Origin: Antedon mediterranea
Taxonomy: Eukaryota > Animalia > Echinodermata
Reading direction: 5' to 3'
Length of the DNA stretch: 64,000 bases
Assembly: GCF_964355755.1 (NCBI RefSeq)
Contig: NC_092671.1
Location: 11,408,001 to 11,472,000, forward strand
In this document: piece after piece, positions 62,430 to 64,000 of the stretch
How the letters are laid out: each line of letters begins with the position of its first letter
How positions within the stretch are numbered: position 1 is the first letter of the stretch
Notes under the pieces: model-generated
What the model was told of the DNA's origin: nothing
Database searches by the model: none
What the model saw: only the letters and a program-made list of their open reading frames with translations
Position numbers and translations under genes: made by a program

Positions 62430-64000
62430 ATAATGAATCTGATTTGAACGATACAGATGACAGTTCTGACTTCTCGATGAGATATAAAAATAAGAAATAT
62501 GACAAAGAGCACTGGAAAGAATGTATGCCAAAACAAGTCAACACACTGCCCTTTGATATCAATGGCTTAGAAGTTTATCATCTTTCCTGCAGTAAACAAA
62601 GTGAAATGATGAAAGTTTCAAAGGACGGAAGGCCATGGAACCGTTACTGCAAGACTTCACGAAAACACTTTAAGGGGGTACGACGTATTGCACACTGTAA
62701 AGGATCGCCAATATGTAACAACCCGGAGTGCACATATCTGAAAATGTATGGGTGTCAAAACAGAAGCCAATTCGGTAAAGAGACGGGCATATTAGTGTGC
62801 TACACATGTGGGAAGGCAGCAGATCATGTAAAATGTTATGCCACGAAGGTATGGGAATACAGTAACGACATGGTGGTTGTTATGCATACTGGCTTCCACA
62901 CATGTGTAGCAAAAAAACCAAATGTTTCTGTGGCCGTCATTGAAAAGGATATAAAACAGCATCCTGGTCTCAAGCCAAGTGCCATCGTTTCGGCCAAAAT
63001 AAACGCAATCATGACCTCCAACAGCTTCAAGTGGAAAGATGTGGATGAGTTAGCTGAAAGATATAGTGAAATGAAAAGAGTCCACAATGCAAAGGAAAGG
63101 TTGAAGCAGGTGATGTTGCCACTTGGTGACAATTTTGAAGCTCTCGCGGATTTTAAACAGAAATGCGAGGAAAAGGATAAGTACCTAATATATCAGATAA
63201 ATAACAGGACCTTTAACAACAAACATAGTTATGTTTTCAAGTCCAGCAAACAAATGGCAGAACTGGCTCTATCAATGGACAGAGACCAAGATGGCATATT
63301 GTCAGGTGAATATGCCTATGTTGACGGCAAACATAACCACTGTAGAGGTTATGTTACGATCACATTATGGGTTTACCATCCAGTAATGAGACGAGTTGTT
63401 CGCCTTGCAGTGTGTGACACAGAGAAAGAGGACACCACTAACCTTGAAACATTTTGGAATGTTTTCAACGAGATGCTCTCTAACGCTGCTGGACGAACAG
63501 TAATTTTCAATCCCTGTGGTTTTGTTGCAGATGAAAATCATGCCAACTGGAAAAGTATCAAGAATGTGTTCGGCGATGATGGAGTTCGTAGAACTGTATC
63601 CTGCGAATTTCATTACAAGCAAAGTGTACAACGCCATTCAAAAAAAATTCCGCAAGATGATGCTGCACAATTCATTGAGATTGCAAATTCTATGCTCACT
63701 GCATATTCCCTTACTGAACTTAATGAAGCATGCAAAGAAATGACCAAGTTCACTGAGAAGCATCAAGTTCTTCAGAACTGGTATTCCTGGTGGTATGCTC
63801 GAAGAAGTCATATTTTTCGGGCTTACAAACCAAGTGATGCACCAGTTTCAAACTTGGCTGAGGTAGGGCATGCTAAAATGAGTGTGTCAAAGCAAAAAAT
63901 GTCCCTTTTAGAAGCAGCTAGGCAAGACGTAATCGATGCCATTAGACAACAAGCTGAGATTAACGGCTTCAAAGAAGGTCAACATAAGGGGGGCAGAGGA
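62430..64000 (+). CDS. MULE/Mutator-like DDE transposase with GCM-like Zn DNA-binding domain; open to the window end
   Basis: About 523 stop-free codons read by hand. DGRPW..CKGSPIC.NPEC..CYTC..C..HTGFHTC, then YVDGKH, FVADENHA, SCEFH (CxxH), WYSWW and SNLAE. Confidence 0.8.

Overview
AT-rich animal (invertebrate-like) genomic DNA with spliceosomal introns; not prokaryotic, and no CRISPR. (1) 1-14859 is a nearly complete Polinton/Maverick (adintovirus-like) element. It encodes pPolB, a packaging ATPase split by a 1-nt frameshift, an adenain-type protease, major and minor capsid proteins, a core-like basic protein and an RVE integrase with chromodomain. Accessory genes are a Bcl-2-like protein, a double-PC4 protein and a Cys/His ORF. 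The pPolB appears to have two unannotated 5' introns. The element ends in ACTACT and sits in codon 14 of an SLC22 paralog. (2) 14860-33184 is a minus-strand tandem array of SLC22/organic-cation-transporter-like genes: two intact 10-exon copies plus the interrupted one. It is littered with a decayed Penelope element (hammerhead-bearing pLTRs), RTE LINE tails, a tRNA-containing repeat and MITEs. (3) About 42.6-52.8 kb is a plus-strand mucin-like/11xEGF/SEA/TM receptor gene whose ends are not resolved. (4) 53.3-64 kb holds tandem-repeat arrays resembling transposon termini, then a spliced, phase-consistent gene fusing a protein kinase, four duplicated acidic SIM-like exons, a herpes-tegument-type (peptidase C76) deubiquitinase and a GCM-like/MULE DDE transposase. 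The transposase exon is missing from the ORF track because it runs off the window. This fusion is the best candidate for an undescribed system. All domain calls are by eye from motifs; no database searches were run.
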